Assembly (NCBI RefSeq): GCF_001194135.2
Contig: NC_068994.1
Location: 3,711,048-3,775,047, forward strand
DNA from: Octopus bimaculoides
Taxonomy: Eukaryota
DNA length: 64,000 bases
Direction of reading: 5' to 3'
Both the position numbers and the translations under genes were made by a program. Numbering within the stretch: position 1 is the first letter of the stretch; each line of letters begins with the position of its first letter. Under the pieces are notes generated by a model. That model searched no databases, was not told the origin of the DNA, and saw only the letters and a list, made by a program, of their open reading frames with translations. Of the stretch, positions 31,357 through 44,378 are shown piece after piece.

Positions 31357-34300
31357 ACATACACACACATATATATACATACATACATATATAGGAGTGG
31401 CTACATATATATATATATATACATACACACACACACACACAACACATTTCCTTCCCGTTCACAGTAAGACTTCTATTCAAAAAAGTCCGACCCATTTCCC
31501 CCCATAGCAGTTATGTGAAGATTAAAAGACCTACAGTCTGTCCTGATTTACCTCCCTTGCAAAATTCTCTCTCACCCTGAGAAATAGAAGCCAGGCAGCT
31601 GCTGCGGCTGCTACTGTCGCTATTTAACTCCAGGTCAGCTCTGAACGAGTACACTTCCGAGCAGAAGACAAGCCATGGTTGGCACGCCTTTGACTATTGG
31701 TCTACTTGATCAAAGTCGACCTGGGGCCAAGCGGCAACAACAATTATATGAGTCAACGTTTTCATATTGGTCAACCTGTTATTAATAGCTGCCAAATCTC
31801 TCTGTCAAACCACGACTCAACTTCCTTGCAAAAAGGTGAAGGTCAAATTGGATATTGTAGTTGTAGATATGCTTAGAAAGATGGGATGGTCACGGATAGT
31901 CTACCTTTGATCGTATGCCAGCTCAAAGACTGGCCCTTCTCTTAAGAGCTACAAAATATTTCGGACCCCACAGCTGGAATCCAGCTGTCACATTTGGGAT
32001 ATTGTTCTAATTATGCACTCAGAAATTTTGGACTACATCCATAGAAGGGTCACTCAGCTATCGGGTATTGAATCAATAAGTGACACTTGTCAGCTGTCCC
32101 ACAGACATGCCACCTCCTTTCTCTTCTTTATAGCCACTATAATAGTCTTCTCTTGAACCCTTACCACACTGGTAGCCCCACCTGTCCTTCAGTGGCTTAT
32201 CACTCTCGGCATGTCAAACTCCTTTGGTCTCGCACTAACCACTACACCCGGTCTTTCCTCTTCTGGTTCTTTGGAATCTTCTCTTTTGGGCAGTTGATGT
32301 CCAATTGCTCAATCAAAACATTAACAACATCAATATCTCACCAGAACCAACAATCCTTCTTCCAGACTCCAGACTCAGCAAGTAAAAAACAGCCTCACTT
32401 ACTCTGTGATTTGTTACAGTTGTGCATTGTGTCCTTGAGCAAGACACTTCATCTCATGCTGCTCCATTCCACTCAGCAGGCAAAAGTGCATTGTACTTGT
32501 AATTCAAAGGGTCAGTCATGTCACATCCTGTGTTATGCTGGATCTCCCCAAGAACTACGTTAAGGGTACACGTGTCTGTGGAGTGCTCAGCCACTTGCTC
32601 ATTAATTTCACAAGCAGGCTGTTCTGTTGATCGGATCAACTGGAACATTTGTCGTTGTAATCGACAGAGAGCCAGTTTAAATAATTCAAAATAGTTAAGC
32701 AACACATGTTATGGACAGAAACAGCCTTTTCTTCCCTGACCTACTGGGGTAGCCAGTAGGAATTTGAACTCAGAACGTAGCGACAGACATTTCATCGGGT
32801 GTGCTAACGATTCTGCCAAGTCGTTACCCCTACAGAATATATTGAAGAATGTGTTGCACATTCATGTGTGAATAAGCATTTGTTAACACAAACTACAAGA
32901 GTGTAGAACATATTGGTGCCATGGGATGTCGCAACAACCCTCAGTCTGGAACTTGGTCAGAATGCTTGCATCCGGGCAAACTTCCCTGCAGGTTCCCCCA
33001 TCCCAGGAGATGATATTAAACTGTGTGGTGTGCTGTGTCTACACCCTCACCCCAATAAATATGAGTATAGTTGACAAAGCAATAAATTACAAACAGCAGG
33101 ATAAGTGTAGCTGTGAGTGTATGAGTGAGAAGTCCACTTTGCAACCATGTGGTTTCTGGTTCAGTCCCACGGTGAGGTACCTTCAGCAAGTGTCTTCTAC
33201 TATAACCCTAGGCTGACCAAAGACTTGTAAGTGGTGGATGGAAACTGAAAGAAGCCCACTGTATATATATATATATACACACGTGTGTGTGTGTAAATTT
33301 CAATGAAACTCATTACCTTCACTCAACCAGAAGAAGTCCATTGTGCATGTGTGTGGGGGGGTGCACACGTGTGTGTGTGTGTGCACACATGTATATGAAT
33401 GTGTGTGTGTGTGTGTGTGTTTTCCTTGCATTTGCTGGTCTGTAAACAATAGCTTCTGGCCAGTTGGCTTATAGTCCAGCACAAAAGGATATCTTGTCTT
33501 TCTGATATGTCTTGACATGTTGTTTCATCTTTGTAAAACAAAAGGGGAAATTGTGCAGTAGAAGATGGTGGTGGCGACAGTGATGGTGGTGGAGGAGAGT
33601 AACAGTTTGTACCACCCAGGCCAAATGGTATGCTTAGCCATGCCTTGCAGACATGATTGCAAAGACATTACCATGGAGAAAGGCCAACAACACTAGCTGC
33701 AACAGCCACCCCACCTTAGCGGCCTCGTTTCTCAGACAAGCTGTAATTACAGTTCTATATTTAAGAGATGAGGAATTATTTACGTTATTTACATTTGATG
33801 GATATTTGTCCTCATCTTGTTTCTTGTTAACACAACATTTCAGCTGATTTTCGAGAATTTACAAAAAAATAAAAGACGAAGACGGGTGTGTAAACAACAA
33901 ACAGATGTATTAGTTTAATGCTCGCCTTTAGTTGAACAAATTGACCCTGGGGCTTATTCTTTGTAAGTCTAGTACTTATTCTATCGATCCTTTTGCCGAA
34001 CCACTAAGTTACAGGGACGTAAACACACCAACATTGGTTGTTAAGCGATGGTGGGTGGGGGGGACAAACACAGACACACAAACACATGTTGGGCTTCTTT
34101 CAGTTTCCGTTTACCAAATCTACTCACAAGGCTTTGGTCGGCCCGAGGCTATAGTGGAAGACACTTGCCCAAGGTGCCATGCAGCGGGACTGAACCCCAA
34201 AACCATGTGGTTGGCAAGCAAGCTTCTTACCACACAACCATGCCTGCACCTATATATATAAGTGTGTGTGTGTGTGTGTGTGTGTGTTTGTCCCCCCCAC

Positions 34301-35494
34301 CATCAGTTTGGCAAAGGAGACTGACAGACTTTAAGAGCAAGTCCTGGGGTCCATTCATTGACTCAAAATTCCTCAAGCAGTGCCCCAGCATGGCCACAGT
34401 CTAATAACTGAGACAAGTTAAAGGTATAATAAATAACATGTGGTGGTGTGCCACACTCCCCATGCAGTGGTGTCCCGCACTCCTACAACAACAACAACAA
34501 CAACACATACAATGTTTTATGTTTTTATTCTTTTATATATTTTACACAAAGGCTCATTATATTTTTTCCCCTTTTTTTTAGTTATTAATTAATTAATTAA
34601 TTAATTGTTTTCCTTCTGTTTGTTAAATGATTAAAAAAAGTCAAAATACTTGAAATTACAATNNNNNNNNNNTTTTTTTAGTTATTAATTAATTAATTAA
34701 TTAATTGTTTTCCTTCTGTTTGTTAAATGATTAAAAAAAGTCAAAATACTTGAAATTACAATTCACAGTTTCAGAGAGGAGGAAGAGGCAGGGTGGGAAA
34801 GAGCGAGGGGGGAGGAAAAAAAAAACAAAACAAAATAAAACAAAAAAAATAACATTAAAAAAAGCTAAAAAATTAAAAATATGAGAGTTTGTTAAAGGTG
34901 GGATGTGGTGGCGTTCATCTGTTTTACAATGGGTGGAAAGAAGAGAGAATTAACAATGGATGTAAAACTAAAAAAAAAAACTGAAAAAAAGTAACAAAAA
35001 ACATACAGAATAAACAAAAGAAGCTGTCTCCCCACCCCAGCCCCTTGCCACCAACAAGTTGATCAAAACTCCTGAAAGATTTGTAGGGATATCATGAACC
35101 TACACCTTAACCCAGTGCACCATGGGGTAAGGAGCCGGAAGAGGAGGGGAAAGGGGGGACCAGCATGAATTATAATTAATGGTATTAAAAAAAAAATTAA
35201 AATAGCAATAACAATAATAATAATAATAATAATAATGTTTGTTTTGTTGTTGTTTTATAGGTAGGTTATGAGGGGTGGGGTGGGGAGAATGTGTGGTAGT
35301 GGTGGTGGCTTGTAACAAGAGAACCATGGTAAGGAAGATATTTTTTAAAAAAACAGATAAAAAGAAATGACAGTACAGAAATGACACGATTATTATTATT
35401 ATTATTGTTATTCTTCTTTTTATTATTATTATTATTATTATAGTGAGGAGAGTCTGAACAAAGATATGTGAATTATGATGAAACAGACAGTGTG

Positions 35495-35705
35495 TGATGG
35501 GAGGAGGAGCATTTGTAATGGAGGAGGAGCATTTGTAAATGGGAGGAGGGGCATGTATGATGGGAGGAGGAGCATGTATGATGGGAGGAAGGCCATGTAT
35601 GGGAGGAGGGGCATGTGATGAGAGGAGGGGAATGTGATGGTAGGAGGGACGTGAGATAGAAGGAGGAAGATGTGTAATGGAAGGGGCGCGTGATGGGAGG
35701 GGCAT
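35495..35705. repeat. G-rich degenerate ~21-bp minisatellite
   Basis: Repeated (t)gatgggaggaggagcatgta-like units. Confidence 0.75.
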
Positions 35706-36622
35706 ATGTGACCTTCAGCACCACCACCACCAGCTGCCATCTCCATAACAACTGCTAAAAACCACTGCCCTTTCTCCCACCTAGTTTTCCTTCATCTAAA
35801 CCAACTTTTATAGATGGACAGGAGCAGGGATGGAGATGAGGGCAGGACATTTAAAGAGATTAGGGGCACAGAGCCATCGATTGAACTAAACAAAAGAATA
35901 CAATGTACCGTTTTTAGAGTTGAGAGTCAGGAGTGATGCACCATGCACATGTATAAGCCCCAAAGCCACATGGTCAGAGATGTGAAGAATGAATTAAAAA
36001 ATAAAGTGACTTTTTGTTTAATAGAATATTTGTTGAGCCCCTAAAGTCGACCCTAATTCAGCAGGAACCTATGACCAAATGTGATCCAGTTGTGAATATA
36101 TTTTAGGCATTGTATACCCTGGACTACATTATCCAATGCGACTGCTGTATCTAGCATGTCAAGTGACCACATAGAGGCACCCTTGCTGGCTTGTATATTT
36201 TATATTGATGTTGATAATGATGTTGCTACACTTTGGGTTATTTGGCACAAATGACATCCTAGCTTTGGACTAAATATTGTTCTGTCAGCCTAACTTTAGT
36301 GCCTCACATTCTGTGATCAAATGCAGCTAATACAGACTCAATTTTGTGTCCCATCCAGATCAATAAACAATCACCAGAAGAACTATACTGGTTCTTGACT
36401 CAACTAATTTTCACACCTCCTCCTCTTCCTTCTCTGCCCCTTAATTTCTCCCTTGCTGTTACAAAAAAAAAAAAAACCTTCTAGACTAAGATCTCAGATG
36501 AAAAAAAAAAAGCAAAAGACACTTAGAGTTGTTCTAAAGTAATGGTGGGTGAACCTTATGAACCTTTCTGATACCAAACAGCCTGGGACCAACCCCTAAT
36601 TCTAAGATAAAAATTTCCTAAT

Positions 36623-36842
36623 TTAACCTTTTAGCATTCAGACTGGCTGTACCTGGCCAAAATATTCCCTCTGCTTTATGTTCAAACTGGCGAGATCCAG
36701 CCCCTCACACCTTATAATGTCATCCTAAAAATAAACAATCATATCTTTGAAATCTTGAAGCTACAAGACATGATTAATTCAAAACAATGTGAATAAATAA
36801 GCCATCATATTTGACAGAGAAATCAGGAAACAAAAGGGTTAA
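36623..36842 (-). mobile_element. piggyBac-like MITE (family P1) with TTAA duplication, nested in a P2-related element
   Basis: TTAA(36623-26)|CCTTTTAGCATTC ... CAAAAGGG|TTAA(36839-42); host sequence continues on both sides. Confidence 0.7.
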
Positions 36843-36994
36843 AATGAAGTTAAAACCATCCGTCAAAATCTCATGTTAATTTCTGTTCCAAACACCAGCT
36901 TAATAACTGACCGAGTTATTTCACTAAATTCTTCGTTATTTGCAAAATCAATTGAAACAAACACTACAAACTTCAAAAGAAACAACAAAACAGT

Positions 36995-37280
36995 TTAACC
37001 CATTACCTACCAGTGATCTCATATGAGATCACTTAAAAATTACAAATTTCGTAATTATCTGTCAATATTTACACATATCTAACCTTTTTGCTATACCTAC
37101 TAGGTATATTTCTCTGATATTCAAATGAGGTTTGCTAATTTTTCACCCAATATCTCGCTTATTTCTATTTAAAATGTTATTTTGATCATTCCAGCGTGTT
37201 TCTAAGGCTATTTTATGCTAGAAATCAAAATTTAAAAAAAAAAATTCCAGTTAATAGAATTATGGGAGGTAATGGGTTAA
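36995..37280. mobile_element. piggyBac-like MITE (third family) with TIR and TTAA duplication
   Basis: TTAA(36995-98)|CCCATTACCTACC ... GGGAGGTAATGGG|TTAA(37277-80). Confidence 0.8.
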
Positions 37281-38401
37281 GTGATCTAAATTAAAACCTT
37301 CCTTCCAAATTTTGTGTTAATCAATGTTCTAATTGCTAGTTTAATAATGACAAAATTATTTTACTAAATCCGTCATCATTTTCAAATTCAATTGAGAGAA
37401 AGGTGGAGGCAGTGTGTTTTCAACAGAGCAAGGTAAACAAAACATTTAGGAAGAACAATCCACATGACTCCCACTCCTGATGTTTCCTGTCTGTATGAAC
37501 ATCTATTGTAGAGATACTTCAGTCAGATGTGTTTGTAGTTAGGGAGTTGCCATGTCCTAATTGTCAGGCATGTTAATTCAAATTTTAGAATTTAGATCAT
37601 GAAGTCGTAGAAGAGGGTGGTAGGGGATTTGTTGAGGTAAAGTATTTGGCTGTTGTATTTAGCAAATCAAATATCTACTTAGAAGCTTCTTCAATGATTG
37701 ATTAAAATAACGAGATGGGGTAGGGGAGACGGATGATTAGGGTGGCAAGATGATGATGACTGAGCTAAGGATAACGATAGGATGCTGATGGTGGGGGTGG
37801 GGATGATAACGATGATGGCAATAACCACAACAACAACAATGGCAAAGATATTGTGATGGTGGTGGCGGTGGGGGTGGGGATGACTTGGCCATTAAAGGAG
37901 GTAGTGGCAGTGATGATATGTGGATGATGATGATGATGATGACAATAAAGAGAACTGACTGACCTCACCGAGTGCAGCTGGGTCAGCCTAGCAACTGCTC
38001 CCCCACCCTACATCGAACCCTTAGATCCTTCCTCCTTACAACCTACAACTAACTGGTTGTTACCATGTAGTGACCACCACATAAGACACATAACAGGGAG
38101 GTCACACTGGACTTCAGTGAAGAGGGTGAGGTGGGATAAGAGTGGAAAAAGGAAAGAGGGACACCTGCAGCAACCCCAGGTGTTAGTAATGAGCAGGATG
38201 AAGGGGTCCATGAATAATGATGACGATGATGATGATAGCGATGATGATAGTAGTGGTGGTGGTGGTGATGGGTATAACAATGGTGACAAACATGACAACA
38301 ACAACAACAACAACAAAGGCTATACAAAGATGAAGAGAGGGAGAGAGAAAGAGTAACAAGGGATTAATAAAGTGACCGAGGGGACAACGGCCCTTATCCT
38401 G

Positions 38402-40673
38402 CTATTTCGTGGAGTTTGGGTCAATGGCGTGGCTCTTTGATGACGTGCTCATGTCTTGAATGCTGGGCCAAGAGTTCTGTTTGTGCTTCATGCTGCCTGG
38501 GAACGTGTTGGGCATGTTGGGCCATCCGCTGCCGGACATATGGGTGACGGGGAATCCTCTGGCCCACAGGTAGTTGTTCTCCCAGCTCTGTGGCATCTCG
38601 TGCAGGTATGCAGATGTCATCCAGGAAGTGGTCACTGCCGGCGTCTGCAACCTGACGGCGCTCGGGTGGNNNNNNNNNNNNNNNNNNNNNNNNNNNNNNN
38701 NNNNNNNNNNNNNNNNNNNNNNNNNNNNNNNNNNNNNNNNNNNNNNNNNNNNNNNNNNNNNNNNNNNNNNNNNNNNNNNNNNNNNNNNNNNNNNNNNNNN
38801 NNNNGGTGCCGTTCATTGCAACACCGTCCGGACTGAGCAGGTTCGGGTCCATCCCATTGTTCTTTAGGCCGGGGGGCGTCTTTTGGGAATCCGATGTAGA
38901 CAGATGCAGCGGGTCCTGTTTACTGTTGCCATGGCAACTGCTCCTGTTGTTGTTGTTGTTGTTGTTCGTAGCAGCACCACTGTCCGAGGGGGTACCAGCA
39001 GTGGAGCCGTCGTTACCATTGAACGACGACGGCGTAGAAGACGGTGGCGTTTTGATGTGGCCGGAATCCTTGATCCTTGCAGCTGCGGCCGCTGCTGCCG
39101 CCGCCGCCGCTGCTGCTGCCGAGGCCTGGGCAGACATGCCGGGAACTAAGGTCAACGGGGTCACTGAATTCGAAGAGGATGTCTGTGAGGACAGAGACAT
39201 AGAAGTTGGTGGGTTTTTCGTGAAGAGTTCACATCCAGTGCGAGTGCGTTTATGGTTATTCAGGTTGGCCCTTTGTGAGAAGCTTTTCCCACACACGTCA
39301 CACTGGTACGGTTTCTCGCCAGTGTGGACCCTAAGATGAGTTTTCAGGTTGCCACGTTGTGCAAACGTCTTGTTGCACACGGTGCAATAGTAAGGTTTCT
39401 CGCCCGTGTGCACTCGTTCGTGGTTGCGGAGACCGATTTCCAAGCTGAACGCTTTCGAACACATCGAACACTTGAAGAGGTCGCCAGTGTGTGTCCGCCT
39501 GTGGTTGTTTAAATTGGTTCTTTGAGAGAAACACTTGCCACAGAGGTCGCAAGAATATGGTTTGACACCTGTGTGTGTTCGCATGTGGATGTTAAGGTTG
39601 CCCAGCTGACTGAACGCCTTCACGCACACGGAACAACTGTACGGTTTGTCACCCGTGTGAATCCGTTCATGGTTTTTGAGAGCAGTCTGCTGTGAAAAGT
39701 CCCGTCCACAAAACGAACACTTGTAAGGTTTCTCTCCAGTATGAATGCGTTCGTGACTCCTCAGGTTAATCTGCAGGCTAAACGCTTTCCCACAAAACGC
39801 GCACTTGAACATGTCCCCAGTGTGTATACGCCTATGGTTATCCAAGTTCGTCCTCTGGGAGAACCGTTTCCCACAAGTTTCGCACTCGTAAGGTTTTTCC
39901 CCGGTGTGTGTTCTGAGATGAATGTTGAGGTTTGCATGCTGGGTAAAAGCTTTCTCACATATCGTGCATTTAAATGGCCTTTCCCCCGAGTGAGTCCTTA
40001 AGTGTGTGCTCAAATTACCAAGTTGAGTGAAGCTTTTTTTACAAATAGTACAACTGAAAGGCTTTTCGCCTGAGTGAGTTCTTTCATGGTTCCGCAGGGC
40101 TGCTTTCTGAGCGAAAGCTCTGCCACATGTTGCACAGCAGAACGGTTTTTCAGCCGTGTGCGTCAGTTCGTGTGTTTTCAAATTGATCTGCTGTGTGAAG
40201 CCCTTCTTGCAGAACGTACAATAGTACTGTTTGTTGTTGTTGTTGTTGTTGTTGTTGCTACTGTTGTTGCTGTTGTTGTTGTTGTTGCCAGTGCCGCCAC
40301 CACAAGTTCCTCCTCCACCTCCGCCACCAGCACCACCACCACCGCCAGCACCACCGTCATTGTTGCCGTTGCCGCTACCCATGTTTCCAGTATTGCCTCC
40401 AGGTGGGGCCACCAGTGGCCTCATTGACTGTGTCATGTGACTACTACTGTCGTGCATGTGGTCTGGGCTGCTCAGGCCAGGGGAGAAATCCTTACGGTAC
40501 GAGTCTGGCATCTGGGAGTGTTGCTTGCCAACGGAACCGAAAGACTTCTCAGACAGAAGAAGGCCCTTCTCGTGGCATTTTGAGAAATGTTCATTAGGGT
40601 AGAAGCTCGTGGGCTGGCTGTAAATGTTGGGCTGATGGTTGCCCATGGCGTACATAAACTGTGCGGGATACAT
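38402..40673 (-). CDS. C2H2 zinc-finger protein, 12 tandem fingers, single coding exon spanning an N gap (ZNF gene 2)
   Basis: The ORF track starts at a TTG (40715); the first ATG is 40673 (MYPAQFMY). Twelve fingers at ~40226-39240, plus poly-G, poly-N and poly-A tracts. After the gap (38670-38804) two frames are open. The frame ending in TAG at 38402 is preferred on GC3 and composition; the alternative stop is 38421. Confidence 0.9.
38670..38804. other. Assembly gap (135 N) inside the ZNF gene 2 CDS
   Basis: N run. Other gaps at about 1899-2090, 3921-4105, 10563-10822, 11697-12252, 44864-45053, 49876-50358, 53315-53915, 55735-56172, 58075-58243 and 61200-61755, nearly all flanked by microsatellites. 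Confidence 0.99.
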
Positions 40674-41115
40674 GGTGAATGGCGAATGTGCTGAGACACT
40701 AAATTCAACACCCAAATCTTTTGGATTTCACTTGGAGAAGAAAGACGACACAGATAAACTTCCGACTTAGGGAAGAGGGCTAAATTTTTTTAGGGGTTTT
40801 AAAAAGATTTTTTGGTTATTTCTTTCTTGTTTTGTTTTTTCAGTTAAAAAAAAAAGTGTTTTCCTTGTTGTCAATGTCAGACCAGGGAGCAAAACTTAAT
40901 GTTTTTGTCACTTGCCAGGGCTGTCATATAGCTGTAGATAGCTTCCTCCAAATGTGTACATCTTGTCTGATGATGATGATGATGTTGGTGATGGCAGCAA
41001 TAGCAACAACAACTTTCACCATTCTTTGTTCAAAATGTCTGGAAGAGCTTTCCAGAAACTCTGTTGTAATGATTTTTTCGACATTCAGACCTCAGGATCA
41101 CAGCTGGAGTCATCC
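40674..41115 (-). other. Putative 5'UTR part of the ZNF gene 2 coding exon; acceptor at 41116-41117
   Basis: tttcttttttctattttag|GGATG acceptor; all three frames close within ~90 nt. A second possible acceptor, tctttcttctccaag|, lies at 40731-40732. Confidence 0.5.
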
Positions 41116-41256
41116 CTAAAATAGAAAAAAGAAATTTTAATTTATAAATAAACAATTATATCACAAATAACAACACTTTATTCAATTAATTTTCTTAATT
41201 TCTCTTTATTATTATTTATTACGGAAGGCAGACGTTAAATGATGACAATAGAAGAG

Positions 41257-41880
41257 GCAAGCTGGCAGAACCGTTAGCACGCTGGACGAGATGCGAAGGG
41301 GTATTTTGTCCGGTGCTACATTCTGAGTTCAAATTCCGCCGAGGTCGACTTTGCCTTTATTCTTTCAGGGTCAATAAATTAAGTACCCGGGAAACACTGA
41401 GGTCAGTGTAATCAACTAGTCCCCTTCCAACAAATTTCAAGCCTTGTGCCTTTAATAGAAATTATTATTATTATTATTATTATTAAGGTGGCAATAGCTC
41501 GAAGATGCGGTCGAGCCCTGCATGAAATAACATGCAAAATTTAGTTATGTCCCTTTACATTCTGAGTTCAAATCCTGCTGATGCCAAGTTGGCTTTCATC
41601 TTACTGACATCAATAGAATACATAATACAGTCAAATCTCGCAACCGATGTAAACCCCTACTTGATAATCCCACCCTTAAAACATATCCCCTTGAGCCTTT
41701 CAAACAAACGATTATCGGTGGGAGCCAGAACAAACAGTCGTGACAGACTGGCAAGTTCAGTTATCTCCCCTTACGTTCTTGGTTCAAATCTCACAAAGGT
41801 TAATACTCGCCCCTCGATGCAGAAATACGAATTAAGTAGTTGATTTGATTTAATTACTATAAACTCCCACAACTTGGTCG
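41257..41880 (+). mobile_element. Tandem run of family C SINEs (one intact, two degenerate)
   Basis: 41257-41460 is intact, followed by (ATT)n and copies at ~41486-41710 and ~41745-41880. Confidence 0.7.
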
Positions 41881-41979
41881 AGCGTGTTGTGTTGCTTAAT
41901 ACCGTACTAAATTCTGGTGCCTCAACTTAAGTACCATATTCACTTGAATCTAAATTTTTGCTGAACTCATCTACCATAC

Positions 41980-42038
<59 letters not shown>

Positions 42039-43871
42039 TACATAGATACACATGCATATGTGTATACATACAAATATTTACAACACAGACATGTGTGTAT
42101 ACATCTATCTATCTATTTATTTATATGGATAGATACGCTCACAAGCATGTATATGTATACACCCCGATACAAGTTGCTTATTCCTTCACCACCCCACATC
42201 CATTCTCTCCACCTCCAACCCACTCATAACCTCTCACTATCTACCATACGCCCCCCCCCATACACACAGACCCATTTATACGATATAGACAGGCGGTCAC
42301 CCCGTCCAGTCTCTTCCCCGTCACTGTTTTCCCTCCATTACCTTAACTGTTTAGTCTCGGCTGTCTAACAGAAACGTTTCATGTGGTTGGACATTAAATA
42401 AAAGTAGTCTCTAGGAAAAACGGCCGAGTAAACTTGTTGCCTTTATTCGATACGTTCAAGTTCTCTCTCTCTCTCTCTCTCTCTCTTCATCACACACACA
42501 CACACACATACATACACGCACAGAGAAGTAGAGAGTGAGACGTACATAGATAACACACATACATACTTCAAATGACACATAAACAGCCAGATCGTCAGAT
42601 AGATGGACAGATAGAGCACGAAAAGGAGAGAGAAAGAGATAGACAGGGAAAGATACTCAAATAAAGACATTGTCTATATACGATAACATATGTGTGTTTG
42701 TGTGTGTGTGTATACACACAGATGAAAGGTGTTCTGAAGTAGCCAAGGTTGGAACACACATTGCTCAGTGAATCCCTTAATGTGAAAGGAATTAAGGTGG
42801 TACAAGGGAGCTTTATACTTTTCTGGAGGATACTAGGAGCAGCAAGTAGGGAGGGTGAATTGAAATGGGTTTCAAGTAGCAACTGAAAAAATGTTACAGC
42901 TTCGGTTAGCAAAAGAGGAGGGTAATCCCTCACCACCACCACAACCACCACCGGGTATTTGTCACTGAACAAGAGTTAAATGTTTTGAGGCTGAGAGATA
43001 AAACACTTCCCTTGTAGAGAGAGAAGTTGCAGAGAATGGTCTCATGTGTCTGTCCTGACACAGCAGACCTATGGTGAATGACATTACGGCCTTGACCATC
43101 TGTCTTTTATTCTGCTACAGTGTATCTAGGACTACACCAACCGATGTGTACTTAAAAAGAAAAAAACATTGTAGAATGTGAGTCGTAGCTTAGAGGGATC
43201 CAGTTGTTCTAGCAGCTAGAGCGACCGTGTCAAGGTCTGGGCTCAACAGATACTATCTATTGAAAATGTATTACAATCCTTGATACATCACAGTCTTCGG
43301 GTGCATACGTCCACCTCATCAGAGGTACATCCACGCAACTTTAACGAGGAGATGAGTCATATATATATATATACAAAATTGTCTTCAGGTCGAATAGCCC
43401 ATCCCACTCAAAGAGGACCTGAATAAGGGTTGTTTAAGGATGTTGAACGAAACACCTATATTTCTAGAGGTGAATTATCCAAACCCCAAAGAATTCCTAT
43501 CAACACCTGGCTATGATGCTCCCCCACTACTTCTGCTCGTGATCAGAGAGGCACATATCATCAGCCACCAAGGGACATGCTCAGGTTTGACTATTTCTTA
43601 TTGAAAAACCACACAGACGATTTGTTTATAGTGATCAAATGTTTGTGTACACATAAGCTCGCTCCCTCCATCAAATCAACATTACTTGTTCAGGTGCAAT
43701 GGGGTGCCACATGCCAGATGCCAAAGTGATAGCAAAGCAACGTGAAATGAAGCGTTTTGCTCAAGAACACAACGCAACGTCCGATCAGGGAATCGAACTC
43801 ACAATCTCGCAATTGTGAGTACAACAACTTAACCACTGAGCCATGTGTGTGTGTGTGTGTGTATGTATGTG

Positions 43872-43919
<48 letters not shown>

Positions 43920-44140
43920 CACACACACACACCGGAGTAAGCACATAAACTGTGCAACAAGGTGGGAAAAAGAGTACTCAAATACCAGAGGTAGCAGCAG
44001 AAATATAATATAAATATATTTCTGCTGCTTTTAAATAAAGTATATATATATAGGGAGAATTCACAGAAAAACAAAAGACGAAGACAGGTGATGTAGAAAA
44101 CAAACAGATGTATTAGTATAACAAATGGGAATTGAAAAAG

Positions 44141-44177
44141 TCTTTAACGTTTCGAGCCTACACTCTTCCACAGAAAA
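44141..44177 (-). ncRNA. Minimal hammerhead-ribozyme-like motif, variant core
   Basis: UUUU-CUGUGGAA-GAGU-GUAG-GCUC-GAAAC-GUU-AAAG; stem II is kept through a U-G wobble. Confidence 0.45.
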
Positions 44178-44272
44178 GAAAACAGAAAGAAACAAGGAAA
44201 CAAAAAACAGAGAAACAAAAAAGCAACACATACATATATATAAATGTATGTATATGTATATANNNNNNNNNN

Positions 44273-44308
<36 letters not shown>

Positions 44309-44334
44309 TACATATATATAAATGTATGTATATG

Positions 44335-44378
<44 letters not shown>

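Noticed and set aside
34573-34762. Perfect 90-bp direct repeat
   Set aside because: The copies flank a 10-N gap exactly, so this is an unmerged contig overlap; similar at 44230-44340.
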